Source: an uncultured Thermotogae bacterium
GTDB taxonomy: Bacteria > Bipolaricaulota > Bipolaricaulia > M55B111
Reading direction: 5' to 3'
Length of the DNA: 53,800 bases
Assembly (NCBI GenBank): GCA_964506635.1
Contig: CAZDMI010000001.1
Coordinates: 1 to 53,800, forward strand
Part shown: one piece after another, positions 1 through 7,506 of the stretch
Position numbering within the stretch: the first letter of the stretch is position 1
How the letters are laid out: the number at the start of each line of letters is the position of its first letter
The notes under the pieces: generated by a model
Database searches by the model: none
Seen by the model: the letters and a program-made list of their open reading frames with translations, nothing else
What the model was told of the DNA's origin: nothing
Program-made: the position numbers and the translations under genes

Positions 1-156
1 GTCCGAAAGTCCGCCTTCTGACCTACCGCTCGAGCATGGGAGCTCGAGCTGCTGAGGAGAAGGTATATTTTAGTTCGATTCGATCAGATTCAAGAGGGAT
101 TTCAAGTGGTGAAAGAAATGAGTAGATATTATTTACCCTTACCGGTTGGGTCTCTA

Positions 157-191
157 CAACAACAAAAAGGGGTTCCCAGTTTGGGAACCCC
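157..191 (-). terminator. Intrinsic terminator after the LivJ-type binding-protein gene
   Basis: 9-bp GC-rich stem GGGGTTCCC (169-177) / GGGAACCCC (183-191) with a 5-nt loop. On the minus strand it is followed by TTTTTGTTGTTG (168-157). It lies about 40 nt past the stop at 232-234. Confidence 0.75.
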
Positions 192-231
192 TCTTAATCT
201 ACTATCGAGCTAATATTGGTAATATTTACCT

Positions 232-1533
232 TTATTCTTCTTCCAGAACCTTTGCAGGTACAAACCTACCGTCTTTTACGGCTATTCGTTCAGTATGGTC
301 GGTGATGATCTCACCATCCTCTATCTTCCATACGTTTATCGGAGAAACGACGTCCCCGTCCTTGTTGAAGTCAACCGAACCGGCTGCACCCTGGTAGTTT
401 ATGTCCTTGCCCTGCTGTAGAAGCTCAAAAGCCTTTTCGAAACCTTCCGGACCGGCGTAGACTTTTTCTCCGGGAGGGTTAGCGACAGAGCGCAGGTTGT
501 TTTTGATTGTTTTCGAACTGGTTTTTCCTGCCTTTGCCATTGCCAGACCAATTACCGCAGTTGCGTCGTAAGCGTTCGTCATAAACGGTTTAGGCGGCGT
601 GGAACCGTATTCCTTTTTATACGTTTCCTCAAAAGTCTCTGCAGAAGGTATGTCTTCGGAACCGGGAACAGTGCCGTATGTCCCGTTTAAGTACTTCGTC
701 GCACCGACTTTTTCTATAAGCTCGGGTGCCTTCATGCCATCCGGAAAGATGAACTCGTCTATGTAACCACCGGATATAGATTGGCGTATTATATTGGCGC
801 CGTTCTCCGGGTATCCAATCAAAACCAGGGCGTCCGGATTCTGAGACGTTGCTTCCGCAAGTTCTCCCCGGTAAGAGGCTTTACCTTTCTGATATGGTAT
901 TGAGGCCAGAACCTCGCCGCCCCTCTCCTCGAACCAGCTGGAGCTCGCATCAGCCAAACCTTTTCCATAAGCGTTATTGACGTAGATAATTGATATCTCT
1001 TGGTAATCGAGGTCCTGTGCCAGTTGGCCGATGATCACTCCTTGTAGCGCGTCCGAAGGAACGGTTCTAAATACGTAGTCGTCATCGTTCAACTGTGTCA
1101 GCTGCGGAGAAGTAGAAGAAGGAGATATCTGTACGACTTTGTTCGGAACCGAAACGCTTTCCGCCACGGCCATGGAAACTCCGCTGGAGAGCGCACCGAC
1201 AAATGCAGGTACCCCGTCAACCGAAACCAGCTTCTTTGCCGCGTCAACACCGCTTTGCGGATTGGTTTTCGTATCCCGGGTGATTATTTTTACGTCCTTG
1301 CCCATGACCCCGCCTGCTTCATTCAAATGCATGGCTGCTAGCTTAACTCCCCGATTAATTGGGGGTCCATAAGAAGCCAGCGCGCCACTCATTGCCATCA
1401 GAGAACCTATTTCTACCTTATCATCCTGAGCCTGAACTACCGGACCTGGAACTACCAGACCGGCAAGCAAAACCAGCACTATACCAAGGATAAATCCGTA
1501 AGATCCGTTCTTAATATTCTTCATTTCTTTCAC
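232..1533 (-). CDS. ABC transporter substrate-binding protein, Leu/Ile/Val (LivJ) type; orphan, with no cognate permease or ATPase in the window
   Basis: ORF 232..1614 trimmed to the GTG at 1533, which has a GGAGG SD (1545-1541) 6-7 nt upstream; the ATG at 1524 is an alternative start. Signal peptide ends ...VVQAQDD. Family-typical segments: IGSLMAMSGALASYG, VPAFVGALSSG, FRTVPSD. Confidence 0.9.
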   Translation of the reverse strand: MKEMKNIKNGSYGFILGIVLVLLAGLVVPGPVVQAQDDKVEIGSLMAMSGALASYGPPINRGVKLAAMHLNEAGGVMGKDVKIITRDTKTNPQSGVDAAKKLVSVDGVPAFVGALSSGVSMAVAESVSVPNKVVQISPSSTSPQLTQLNDDDYVFRTVPSDALQGVIIGQLAQDLDYQEISIIYVNNAYGKGLADASSSWFEERGGEVLASIPYQKGKASYRGELAEATSQNPDALVLIGYPENGANIIRQSISGGYIDEFIFPDGMKAPELIEKVGATKYLNGTYGTVPGSEDIPSAETFEETYKKEYGSTPPKPFMTNAYDATAVIGLAMAKAGKTSSKTIKNNLRSVANPPGEKVYAGPEGFEKAFELLQQGKDINYQGAAGSVDFNKDGDVVSPINVWKIEDGEIITDHTERIAVKDGRFVPAKVLEEE

Positions 1534-1799
1534 TATATACCCTCCTTTTGGGTTGATTGAACGGATTATAATGAAAATTATACAGTTATACAAGACTGAG
1601 AGTTGACAACCCAATATTAAGTTGGGGGAATTAATGTGATTTCGTCCATGTAACCCGCCTGCCGGCCCGAGCTGGAACTAAAAGGACTTTGCACCTGGAA
1701 AAGTCCTTGAGGTTATAGTTCCGAAAAGGGTTTAACGAAAAAACGAGGGAGTACCGTGCAGAATACAGTCCGTAGAATCGAAGCTTTTTGAATTTTTGA

Positions 1800-1828
1800 T
1801 TGACAATTTACCCAAAAATAGATATTAT
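1800..1828 (+). promoter_or_regulatory. Sigma70-like promoter of the TrpXYZ-type importer operon
   Basis: TTGACA (1800-1805), 17-nt spacer, TATTAT (1823-1828). Predicted TSS near 1835, giving a leader of about 250 nt. Confidence 0.55.
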
Positions 1829-1864
1829 TGTTTAAATTATGAATTAAGAGAGGTTCATTTGGCC

Positions 1865-1960
1865 ATGAATGAAAAAAGGTCTCAAATTAACAAATCAGTG
1901 GAGGTGATAGAGAGAGAGGAGAGGTATAAAGTTAGCTATACTTATTATTGGTACGAGTGA
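1865..1960 (+). CDS. Leader peptide (31 aa), Tyr/Trp-rich: MNEKRSQINKSVEVIEREERYKVSYTYYWYE
   Basis: ATG at 1865, with GAGAGG (1848-1853) 11 nt upstream. Five Tyr codons and one Trp codon fall within the last 11 codons (1925-1954). The stop TGA (1958-1960) directly abuts the 5' arm of the first leader hairpin. The ORF is below the 60-aa cutoff of the ORF track. Confidence 0.6.
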   Translation: MNEKRSQINKSVEVIEREERYKVSYTYYWYE

Positions 1961-1997
1961 GGTTTAGGGTGCTTCATCAAAATATTTACCCTAAACC
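1961..1997 (+). promoter_or_regulatory. Leader hairpin 1:2 of the putative attenuator
   Basis: Perfect 10-bp stem GGTTTAGGGT (1961-1970) / ACCCTAAACC (1988-1997) with a 17-nt loop. TAAACC (1992-1997) can alternatively pair with GGTTTA (2011-2016) inside the terminator. Confidence 0.6.
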
Positions 1998-2002
1998 CAG
2001 GC

Positions 2003-2032
2003 AAACTATAGGTTTATCCTATAGTTTTTTTT
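2003..2032 (+). terminator. Leader (attenuator) terminator upstream of the importer genes
   Basis: Stem ACTATAGG (2005-2012) / CCTATAGT (2018-2025), loop TTTAT, followed by a T8 run (2025-2032). It lies 52 nt before the ATG at 2084. Confidence 0.7.
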
Positions 2033-2083
2033 ATTTGGCGTCGTCAATAAAAAGAGATATAGACTACCTCACAGGAGGTAATC

Positions 2084-3118
2084 ATGCGATCAAAAAGAAG
2101 TCTTCCTCTAGTTATCCTGGTGGGAACCCTTCTTATTGTCGGTTTTTCTTTCGGAGCGGTGACCGCGGAGAAACCGGTCAAAATCGGAATAGCTCAAATC
2201 GTCGAACACCCGGCCTTAAACGCCGTGCGGGACGCGGTAATTGAAGTCGTAAAAAATAACGGTTACGAAGAGGGCAAGGACGTCAAATTCTTGCTCAGAA
2301 ATGCTCAGGGAGACTTCAACAACGCCCTCTCTATAGCTCAGACCTTCAAGTCACAAAACGTGGACATCGTGGTACCGATAGCTACACCGACTGCCCAGGC
2401 AGCTGCCGAGGTATTTAACGAAACTCCGGTAGTAGTTAGTGCGGTTACAAACCTCGTTGAGGCAGGGCTTGTCGATAATTATTCTGATTACGAGAACCCG
2501 GAAAACAACGGCAACATAACCGGGGTTACTGACATGACGCCGGTGGAAAAGCAGATCCAGTTAATTACCGACCTGAGACCGGAATTAGAAAAAATAGGTA
2601 TCGTCTATAACCCCGGCGAAGCAAATTCGCGTTACCTCACTTCAATAGCTGAAGAAGTCGCGAGTGATATGGGGATAAAAATAGTTAAGGCGACTGCAAA
2701 CAAAACCAGCGAGGTAAAGATGGCCGCGGACTCCCTGAAAGGAAGAGTCGATGCAATCTGGATTTCAACCGACAACACGGTTGTATCCGCTCTTCCCGCC
2801 GTCTCCGAGGTCGCCAGAAACGAAAATATTCCCCTTGTTACCGCCGATCCAACCACGATACAGGACGGTCCGGTTGCCGCTTTTGGCTGGAGTTACGCCC
2901 GTCACGGCAGAATTTGTGGAGAGGTAGTCGTTAGAATTCTTGAAGGGGAAAAACCGAACGAGATACCGATTCATGAACTGGAACAAACGGAAGAAAACAT
3001 ATCAATGGCATTGAACTTGAACGTTGCAAGCGAAATCAACCTCGAATTCCCCGATTCGGTACAAAAACAGGCCGATCGGTTGTACTTTGGAGAACGGCTC
3101 TGGGTTCCGGAGGAGTAA
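2084..3118 (+). CDS. ABC transporter substrate-binding protein, ABC_sub_bind (PF04392-like) family; putative tryptophan/tyrosine transport system type
   Basis: GGAGG SD 5 nt upstream and a signal peptide. Family-typical segments: KIGIAQIVEHPALNAV, NAQGD, PIATPTAQAA, NITGVTD, DAIWISTDNTVVS, ILEGEKPNEIPI. Confidence 0.9.
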   Translation: MRSKRSLPLVILVGTLLIVGFSFGAVTAEKPVKIGIAQIVEHPALNAVRDAVIEVVKNNGYEEGKDVKFLLRNAQGDFNNALSIAQTFKSQNVDIVVPIATPTAQAAAEVFNETPVVVSAVTNLVEAGLVDNYSDYENPENNGNITGVTDMTPVEKQIQLITDLRPELEKIGIVYNPGEANSRYLTSIAEEVASDMGIKIVKATANKTSEVKMAADSLKGRVDAIWISTDNTVVSALPAVSEVARNENIPLVTADPTTIQDGPVAAFGWSYARHGRICGEVVVRILEGEKPNEIPIHELEQTEENISMALNLNVASEINLEFPDSVQKQADRLYFGERLWVPEE

Positions 3119-3155
3119 CGGACTAATCTCAAAAACCAAGCGGTGATCTCAATCG

Positions 3156-4058
3156 ATGTCACTTCTGATTAACTCTCTAGAACAAGGTCTTGTTTACGGA
3201 TTAATGGCTCTCGGGGTCCTGATAACTTTCAGAGTACTGGACTTTCCAGATCTGACGGTTGACGGCAGTTTTCCTATGGGGGCGGGGATCACCGCTTCTC
3301 TACTTGTCATGGGGTGGAATCCGGTTCTTGCCATCGTAATTGGTATAGCCGGTGGGGTCCTGGCCGGTACCGTGACCGGTATGTTGAGTACCAAGTTAAA
3401 CATTTTGAACCTGCTTGCGGGTATTCTTACGATGACCCTCCTCTACTCAGTAAATTTGAGGATCATGGGCCGGCCAAATATTCCCCTGATAGGTAGAGTT
3501 ACGATTATTGAACAGGTCGACCAGCTAATAGAACCTCTGGGTCTCGGGCGTTATTCGACTCTATTATTCTTTGCCGTACTGGTTCTTTTCATAAAGCTAT
3601 TACTCGACGTATTCTTTAATACCGAAATCGGCCTGGCTCTTCGAGCAACCGGAGATAACGAACAAATGATCAAGGCCCAGGGCGTCAATACGGACAACAT
3701 GAAAATCCTCGGTCTTGCCATCTCGAACGGGTTAGTTGCCCTGTCCGGCGGTCTGGTCGCTCAGTATTCCGGTTTTGCCGACGTCGGAATGGGAATCGGA
3801 ACGATAATAGCCGGCCTTGCTTCGGTAATTATAGGAGAAACACTATTACCAACGAAGAGTTTCCGCTGGATGACCACCGCCGTAATCGTGGGTTCATTGA
3901 TATACCGGACCACCATAATGGTCGCCCTGAGGTACGGTCACAACTTTGGCTTCAAATCGAGTGACTTAAAGCTGATAACCTCAATGATAGTAATTCTAGC
4001 ACTTGCAGTTCCTCAGGTAAGAGGGAAAATTGATCTGAGATTTGGGGAAGAAACTTAA
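3156..4058 (+). CDS. ABC transporter permease (BPD_transp_2 type) of the same system
   Basis: 300-aa polytopic membrane protein immediately downstream of the binding protein. Typical N-terminus: LEQGLVYGLMALGVLITFRVLDFPDLTVDGSF. Confidence 0.9.
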   Translation: MSLLINSLEQGLVYGLMALGVLITFRVLDFPDLTVDGSFPMGAGITASLLVMGWNPVLAIVIGIAGGVLAGTVTGMLSTKLNILNLLAGILTMTLLYSVNLRIMGRPNIPLIGRVTIIEQVDQLIEPLGLGRYSTLLFFAVLVLFIKLLLDVFFNTEIGLALRATGDNEQMIKAQGVNTDNMKILGLAISNGLVALSGGLVAQYSGFADVGMGIGTIIAGLASVIIGETLLPTKSFRWMTTAVIVGSLIYRTTIMVALRYGHNFGFKSSDLKLITSMIVILALAVPQVRGKIDLRFGEET

Positions 4059-4074
4059 GTATGGGAGGAGAATT

Positions 4075-4863
4075 ATGTTAGAAGTCATCGACCTGAGCAA
4101 GAAGTTTCTGGAGGGTACCAACAACGAAGTCGTGGCACTGGAAAAGCTGAGTTACCACCTCGAAGAAGGCGACTTCGTATCGGTGATCGGGAGCAACGGA
4201 GCAGGGAAGACGACTTTCCTGGATTTGATCGCAGGTAGTTCCTACCCCACTACCGGAAAGGTGCTCGTAGAAGATACAAACGTCACCAGTTATTCCGAAC
4301 ACCAGCGAGCTGCCTACATTGGAAGGGTATTCCAGGAACCCGGCAAGGGTACTGCACCGGGAATGACCGTAGCCCAGAACCTGAGCCTTGCTTTGAAGAA
4401 AACGAATCGGGGACTGCGCAGGGGAGTTACCCCGGAGCGAAAGAAAAAGTTTCGGGATGAACTGAGCAAGCTGGGACTGGGTCTCGAAGACAGACTTGAG
4501 GAGAGAATTAGACACCTATCAGGCGGCCAGAGGCAGGGAGTCGCCGTGCTCATGGCAACCCTCACCACTCCAAAATTGCTGCTCCTCGACGAACACACGG
4601 CTTCACTCGACCCGAAAAACGCCGAAAAAATAATTGATATTACGGAAAAGCTGGTGGAAGCCAAAGGGTTGACCACGATCATGGTAACCCACGACATGAA
4701 ACAGGCCCTCGATCTCGGCAACAGGTTAACCATGCTTCACCGGGGAAACATAGTCTACGACGTAAATGGTCGTAAAAAACAGGCGTTGACAATTGACGAT
4801 CTGCTCGAGAGCTTTTCCGAGAGGGACATAGAGGACGACGAGCTTCTGCTCAGCATCGAGTAG
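4075..4863 (+). CDS. ABC transporter ATP-binding protein of the same system
   Basis: ATG at 4075 with GGGAGGAG SD; the ORF track extends it to a TTG at 4042. Walker A GSNGAGKTT, signature LSGGQRQ, Walker B LLLLDE. Confidence 0.9.
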   Translation: MLEVIDLSKKFLEGTNNEVVALEKLSYHLEEGDFVSVIGSNGAGKTTFLDLIAGSSYPTTGKVLVEDTNVTSYSEHQRAAYIGRVFQEPGKGTAPGMTVAQNLSLALKKTNRGLRRGVTPERKKKFRDELSKLGLGLEDRLEERIRHLSGGQRQGVAVLMATLTTPKLLLLDEHTASLDPKNAEKIIDITEKLVEAKGLTTIMVTHDMKQALDLGNRLTMLHRGNIVYDVNGRKKQALTIDDLLESFSERDIEDDELLLSIE

Positions 4864-4899
4864 GACTAATCGGGTAACTGCAACAAATAGTTTACGATT

Positions 4900-5754
4900 C
4901 TATTCCCTATCTACTACCCGCTTTATGGCCTTCAGCGCAACCTCGAGCTGGTCATCGGACGGCTCCCGGGTCGTAATCTTTTGAAGCATCAAACCCGGCC
5001 ATAGAAAAGGTTTGAGAATGGGGTTTTCGGCGTGCTTACCGGAAAAACGGAGTATTTCATAGGAAACGCCAGCAACGACTGGAAGTAAGATAATCCTGGA
5101 CGCTATTTTTATCAGTAGAGGGGGGTTGCCAACGAGCGAAAAGGTAAGAATTGCTACTACCAAAACAATCATCAAAAAAGCCGTTCCACATCTCGGGTGG
5201 AGCGTGCTGTAACCCTTGGCCTCTTCGACAACCAGGTCCTTACCGTTTTCGTAAGCATATACCGACTTGTGCTCCGCCCCATGATACTGAAAAACGCGCT
5301 TTATGTCCTCGAAGAACGTAATGCCGGCCAAGTAGAGCAAAAAGAAACCGATCCTGATAAGCCCTTCAACGAGGTTAAAAAGGAAGGCGTTGGCTTCGGA
5401 TAACCCCCAGAGATTATTTGTCGCCCAGACGGGCAATACGACAAAAACCCCGATTGCCACCAGAAAAGCTATTCCGGTGGTCAAGATGGTCTCGGACGTT
5501 CCAAACTCCTCTTCCTCGTCTTCCAGGGCAATTTCTGCGGAGAGGTTCAGAGCCCTTATGCCAGTACTCATCATGTCGTAGAGGTTGAAAACCCCACGGA
5601 CAAAAGGGATATTACTCAAACGCTGGAACTTATTCCGGGGTTCCAGATCCTCTACGACGATTTCCCCATCCGAGGCACGTCTCACTGCTACGGAGATATC
5701 ATCTCCATTTCTCATCAAGACGCCCTCAATTACTGCCTGTCCTCCAACTGGCAT
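4900..5754 (-). CDS. DUF1385 (YqhQ-like) membrane protein
   Basis: N-terminal GGQAVIEGVLMR motif, HGAEHK segment and several TM helices. It sits directly downstream of rpmE, as in many Firmicutes and Thermotogae-type genomes. No clear SD. Confidence 0.8.
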   Translation of the reverse strand: MPVGGQAVIEGVLMRNGDDISVAVRRASDGEIVVEDLEPRNKFQRLSNIPFVRGVFNLYDMMSTGIRALNLSAEIALEDEEEEFGTSETILTTGIAFLVAIGVFVVLPVWATNNLWGLSEANAFLFNLVEGLIRIGFFLLYLAGITFFEDIKRVFQYHGAEHKSVYAYENGKDLVVEEAKGYSTLHPRCGTAFLMIVLVVAILTFSLVGNPPLLIKIASRIILLPVVAGVSYEILRFSGKHAENPILKPFLWPGLMLQKITTREPSDDQLEVALKAIKRVVDRE

Positions 5755-5789
5755 AAAAACCCCGGAAAGTTTAAAAAACTATAAAGGCC

Positions 5790-6071
5790 TTATTCCGAAT
5801 CTTTTTCTTCCGTATCAGGGGCCTCGGTTTCCTCGCCTTCCTCTTCCCCTTCCTCGCTTTCGGCTTCGTCCGACTCGATTCCGTACTTCTTTTCAAACTT
5901 GCTAATTCGTCCTTCGGAGTCGAGAAATCTATCGCCCTCGGAGAAGAACGGATGACATTCCGAACAGACGTCCACGTGCAGGTCTTCCTTCGTAGATAAA
6001 GTTTCGAAAGTATTACCGCACGCACACTTTACCTCTATCTTCTTCATGTCAGGGTGTATTCCTTCTTTCAT
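5790..6071 (-). CDS. rpmE: 50S ribosomal protein L31 (Zn-ribbon type A) with a 29-aa acidic C-terminal tail
   Basis: MKEGIHPD...CACG...CSECHPFF...KFEKKYG, with a GGAGTGAGGT SD. The tail is IESDEAESEEGEEEGEETEAPDTEEKDSE. Confidence 0.95.
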   Translation of the reverse strand: MKEGIHPDMKKIEVKCACGNTFETLSTKEDLHVDVCSECHPFFSEGDRFLDSEGRISKFEKKYGIESDEAESEEGEEEGEETEAPDTEEKDSE

Positions 6072-6135
6072 TTTACCTCACTCCATACAAATCTGATTTT
6101 AGCTGATTCGAAGTAGATAAACAGGAAAAGCGGTA

Positions 6136-6558
6136 TTAACGTTTGGAGAACTGCTGTCCTCTTCTCGCTTTGTGCTTTCCAACTTTCTTCCTTTCGACCA
6201 TTCTCGGATCCCTTGTAAGCAGGTCCTCTTGCTTGAGGTCCTTCTTGTACTCTTCTCCCAGTGCAGTCATAGCTCTTGCTATCCCGTGCTGAATTGCTTC
6301 CAGCTGGGCCTTGTATCCCCCACCTTCCGCGTTAACTTCTACGTCGAAGTTGTTTTTCGTTCCCGTTACGGAAAAAGGTTTACGCGCAATGAGGTCTACC
6401 GTGTCCTCAGTAAACGGTAGCGCGCTGAAGTAATCATTCACGTCTTTGCCATTGACCCTCATCTCGCCATCGCCCCTTTCCAGGTACACTCGTGCTCTAG
6501 ATTCCTTTCGTTTACCAACGCAATGTGCTCTTCCATCAACAACTTTTGGTTGTGCCAT
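6136..6558 (-). CDS. rpsI: 30S ribosomal protein S9
   Basis: ORF trimmed to the ATG at 6558 (MAQPKVVDGRAHCVGKRKESRARVYL...), with GGAGG upstream. C-terminus is ...KARRGQQFSKR. Confidence 0.95.
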   Translation of the reverse strand: MAQPKVVDGRAHCVGKRKESRARVYLERGDGEMRVNGKDVNDYFSALPFTEDTVDLIARKPFSVTGTKNNFDVEVNAEGGGYKAQLEAIQHGIARAMTALGEEYKKDLKQEDLLTRDPRMVERKKVGKHKARRGQQFSKR

Positions 6559-6636
6559 CGATATTTCTACCTCCAGTTCCCAATGAGTTCTGAACAATGA
6601 TAAAAAACCAGTTCATGGATTGCAACTGGGACGGAT

Positions 6637-7506
6637 TTAGTTTCCGGTGGTACTCTCTATCTGACCCGCCAGACGAGAGAATTCATCGAGGGTTAGTTCT
6701 TCTGGTCTCTTGCCGGAATCGATCCCGGCGGCTTCCAGAATGGACTCGACCTCTTCTCTTGTAAAAGAGAACTCGGGGGTGCTTGTTAAACCATTCCTTA
6801 TGGTCTTCCTCCTGTGGGTAAAACTACCCCTAAGAATCGAATCAAACAGGCTTTCGTCCACTTCCAGCCACCCTTTCTCGTGGAAGTTTATCTTCAAAAC
6901 CGTCGAAAAAACTTCCGGTTGAGGGTAAAAGTGTTTGGGCGGGACATCCATAACCCGACTTACATTCCCGTAAGCCCGAATCAGGTAGGACATCCTGCTA
7001 CAATTCTTCGTTCCAGGTTCCGCTAAAATCCTATCCGCCACTTCTCTCTGCAGAGTAAAAACCGCCTTATCAAAGAGGTCTCTGCTCCCTATAGCTTTCC
7101 GCAGTATTTTTCCGGTAATGTTGTAAGGGATATTACCAATCAATTTACTTTTCTCGCCCCCGTCTCCAACTAGTTCCGCAAAATCCATATCAAGCACGTT
7201 ACCCTCGATGAACTTGACGTTTTCCTCCGGGTTTATTCTCTCAAAAGGTTCCTGGAACCCCCCGTACAGTTCGATGGCGTAGACGGTAGAGAACCTCTCT
7301 TTTAGGGGGCAGGTTAGCGTTCCCATAGCGGCTCCGACTTCCACCACCGTACCATCGCTACCAGCTGCTTTACATATTGAACTGATTGTCGAGCGATCGA
7401 GTAGAAAATGCTGACCGACATCTTCGTTGGGGCGAATCTCAAAAGATCGGAGGAACTCCTGCAAACCTTCCCTGCTATAAATTTCCTTGCAATTCGAAAA
7501 CTTCAA
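6637..7506 (-). CDS. rsmA: 16S rRNA (adenine1518/1519-N6)-dimethyltransferase
   Basis: GQHFLLD motif, SAM-binding VVEVGAAMGTLT, NIPYNITG. The TTG start overlaps the upstream stop (TTGA); the exact start is uncertain. Confidence 0.9.
   Translation of the reverse strand: MKFSNCKEIYSREGLQEFLRSFEIRPNEDVGQHFLLDRSTISSICKAAGSDGTVVEVGAAMGTLTCPLKERFSTVYAIELYGGFQEPFERINPEENVKFIEGNVLDMDFAELVGDGGEKSKLIGNIPYNITGKILRKAIGSRDLFDKAVFTLQREVADRILAEPGTKNCSRMSYLIRAYGNVSRVMDVPPKHFYPQPEVFSTVLKINFHEKGWLEVDESLFDSILRGSFTHRRKTIRNGLTSTPEFSFTREEVESILEAAGIDSGKRPEELTLDEFSRLAGQIESTTGN

Noticed and set aside
1-70. GAAAGTCCG-like string and a CTCGAGC/GCTCGAG hairpin at the window edge (RNase P-like or riboswitch fragment)
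   Set aside because: It is too short and truncated by the window boundary. It matches only a few nucleotides of the RNase P P4 consensus, and no other conserved elements are visible.
1829-2035. T-box riboswitch as the explanation for the long leader (homologous transporters are reported to be T-box regulated in Firmicutes)
   Set aside because: Only a weak resemblance (TTGGTACGAG versus the GGTGGTACCGCG core). There is no convincing stem I / specifier architecture or 7-nt antiterminator bulge. The Tyr/Trp leader peptide abutting the hairpins fits better. A covariance-model scan (Rfam RF00230) would settle it.
1948-2244. 98-aa plus-strand ORF spanning the leader hairpins and the start of the binding-protein gene
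   Set aside because: It runs through the attenuator hairpins and terminator and out of frame into the SBP gene. There is no SD. The leader peptide plus SBP interpretation explains the region better.
5771-6025. 84-aa minus-strand ORF overlapping rpmE
   Set aside because: It is an alternative frame of the L31 gene. The L31 frame has the conserved Zn-ribbon sequence and an SD.
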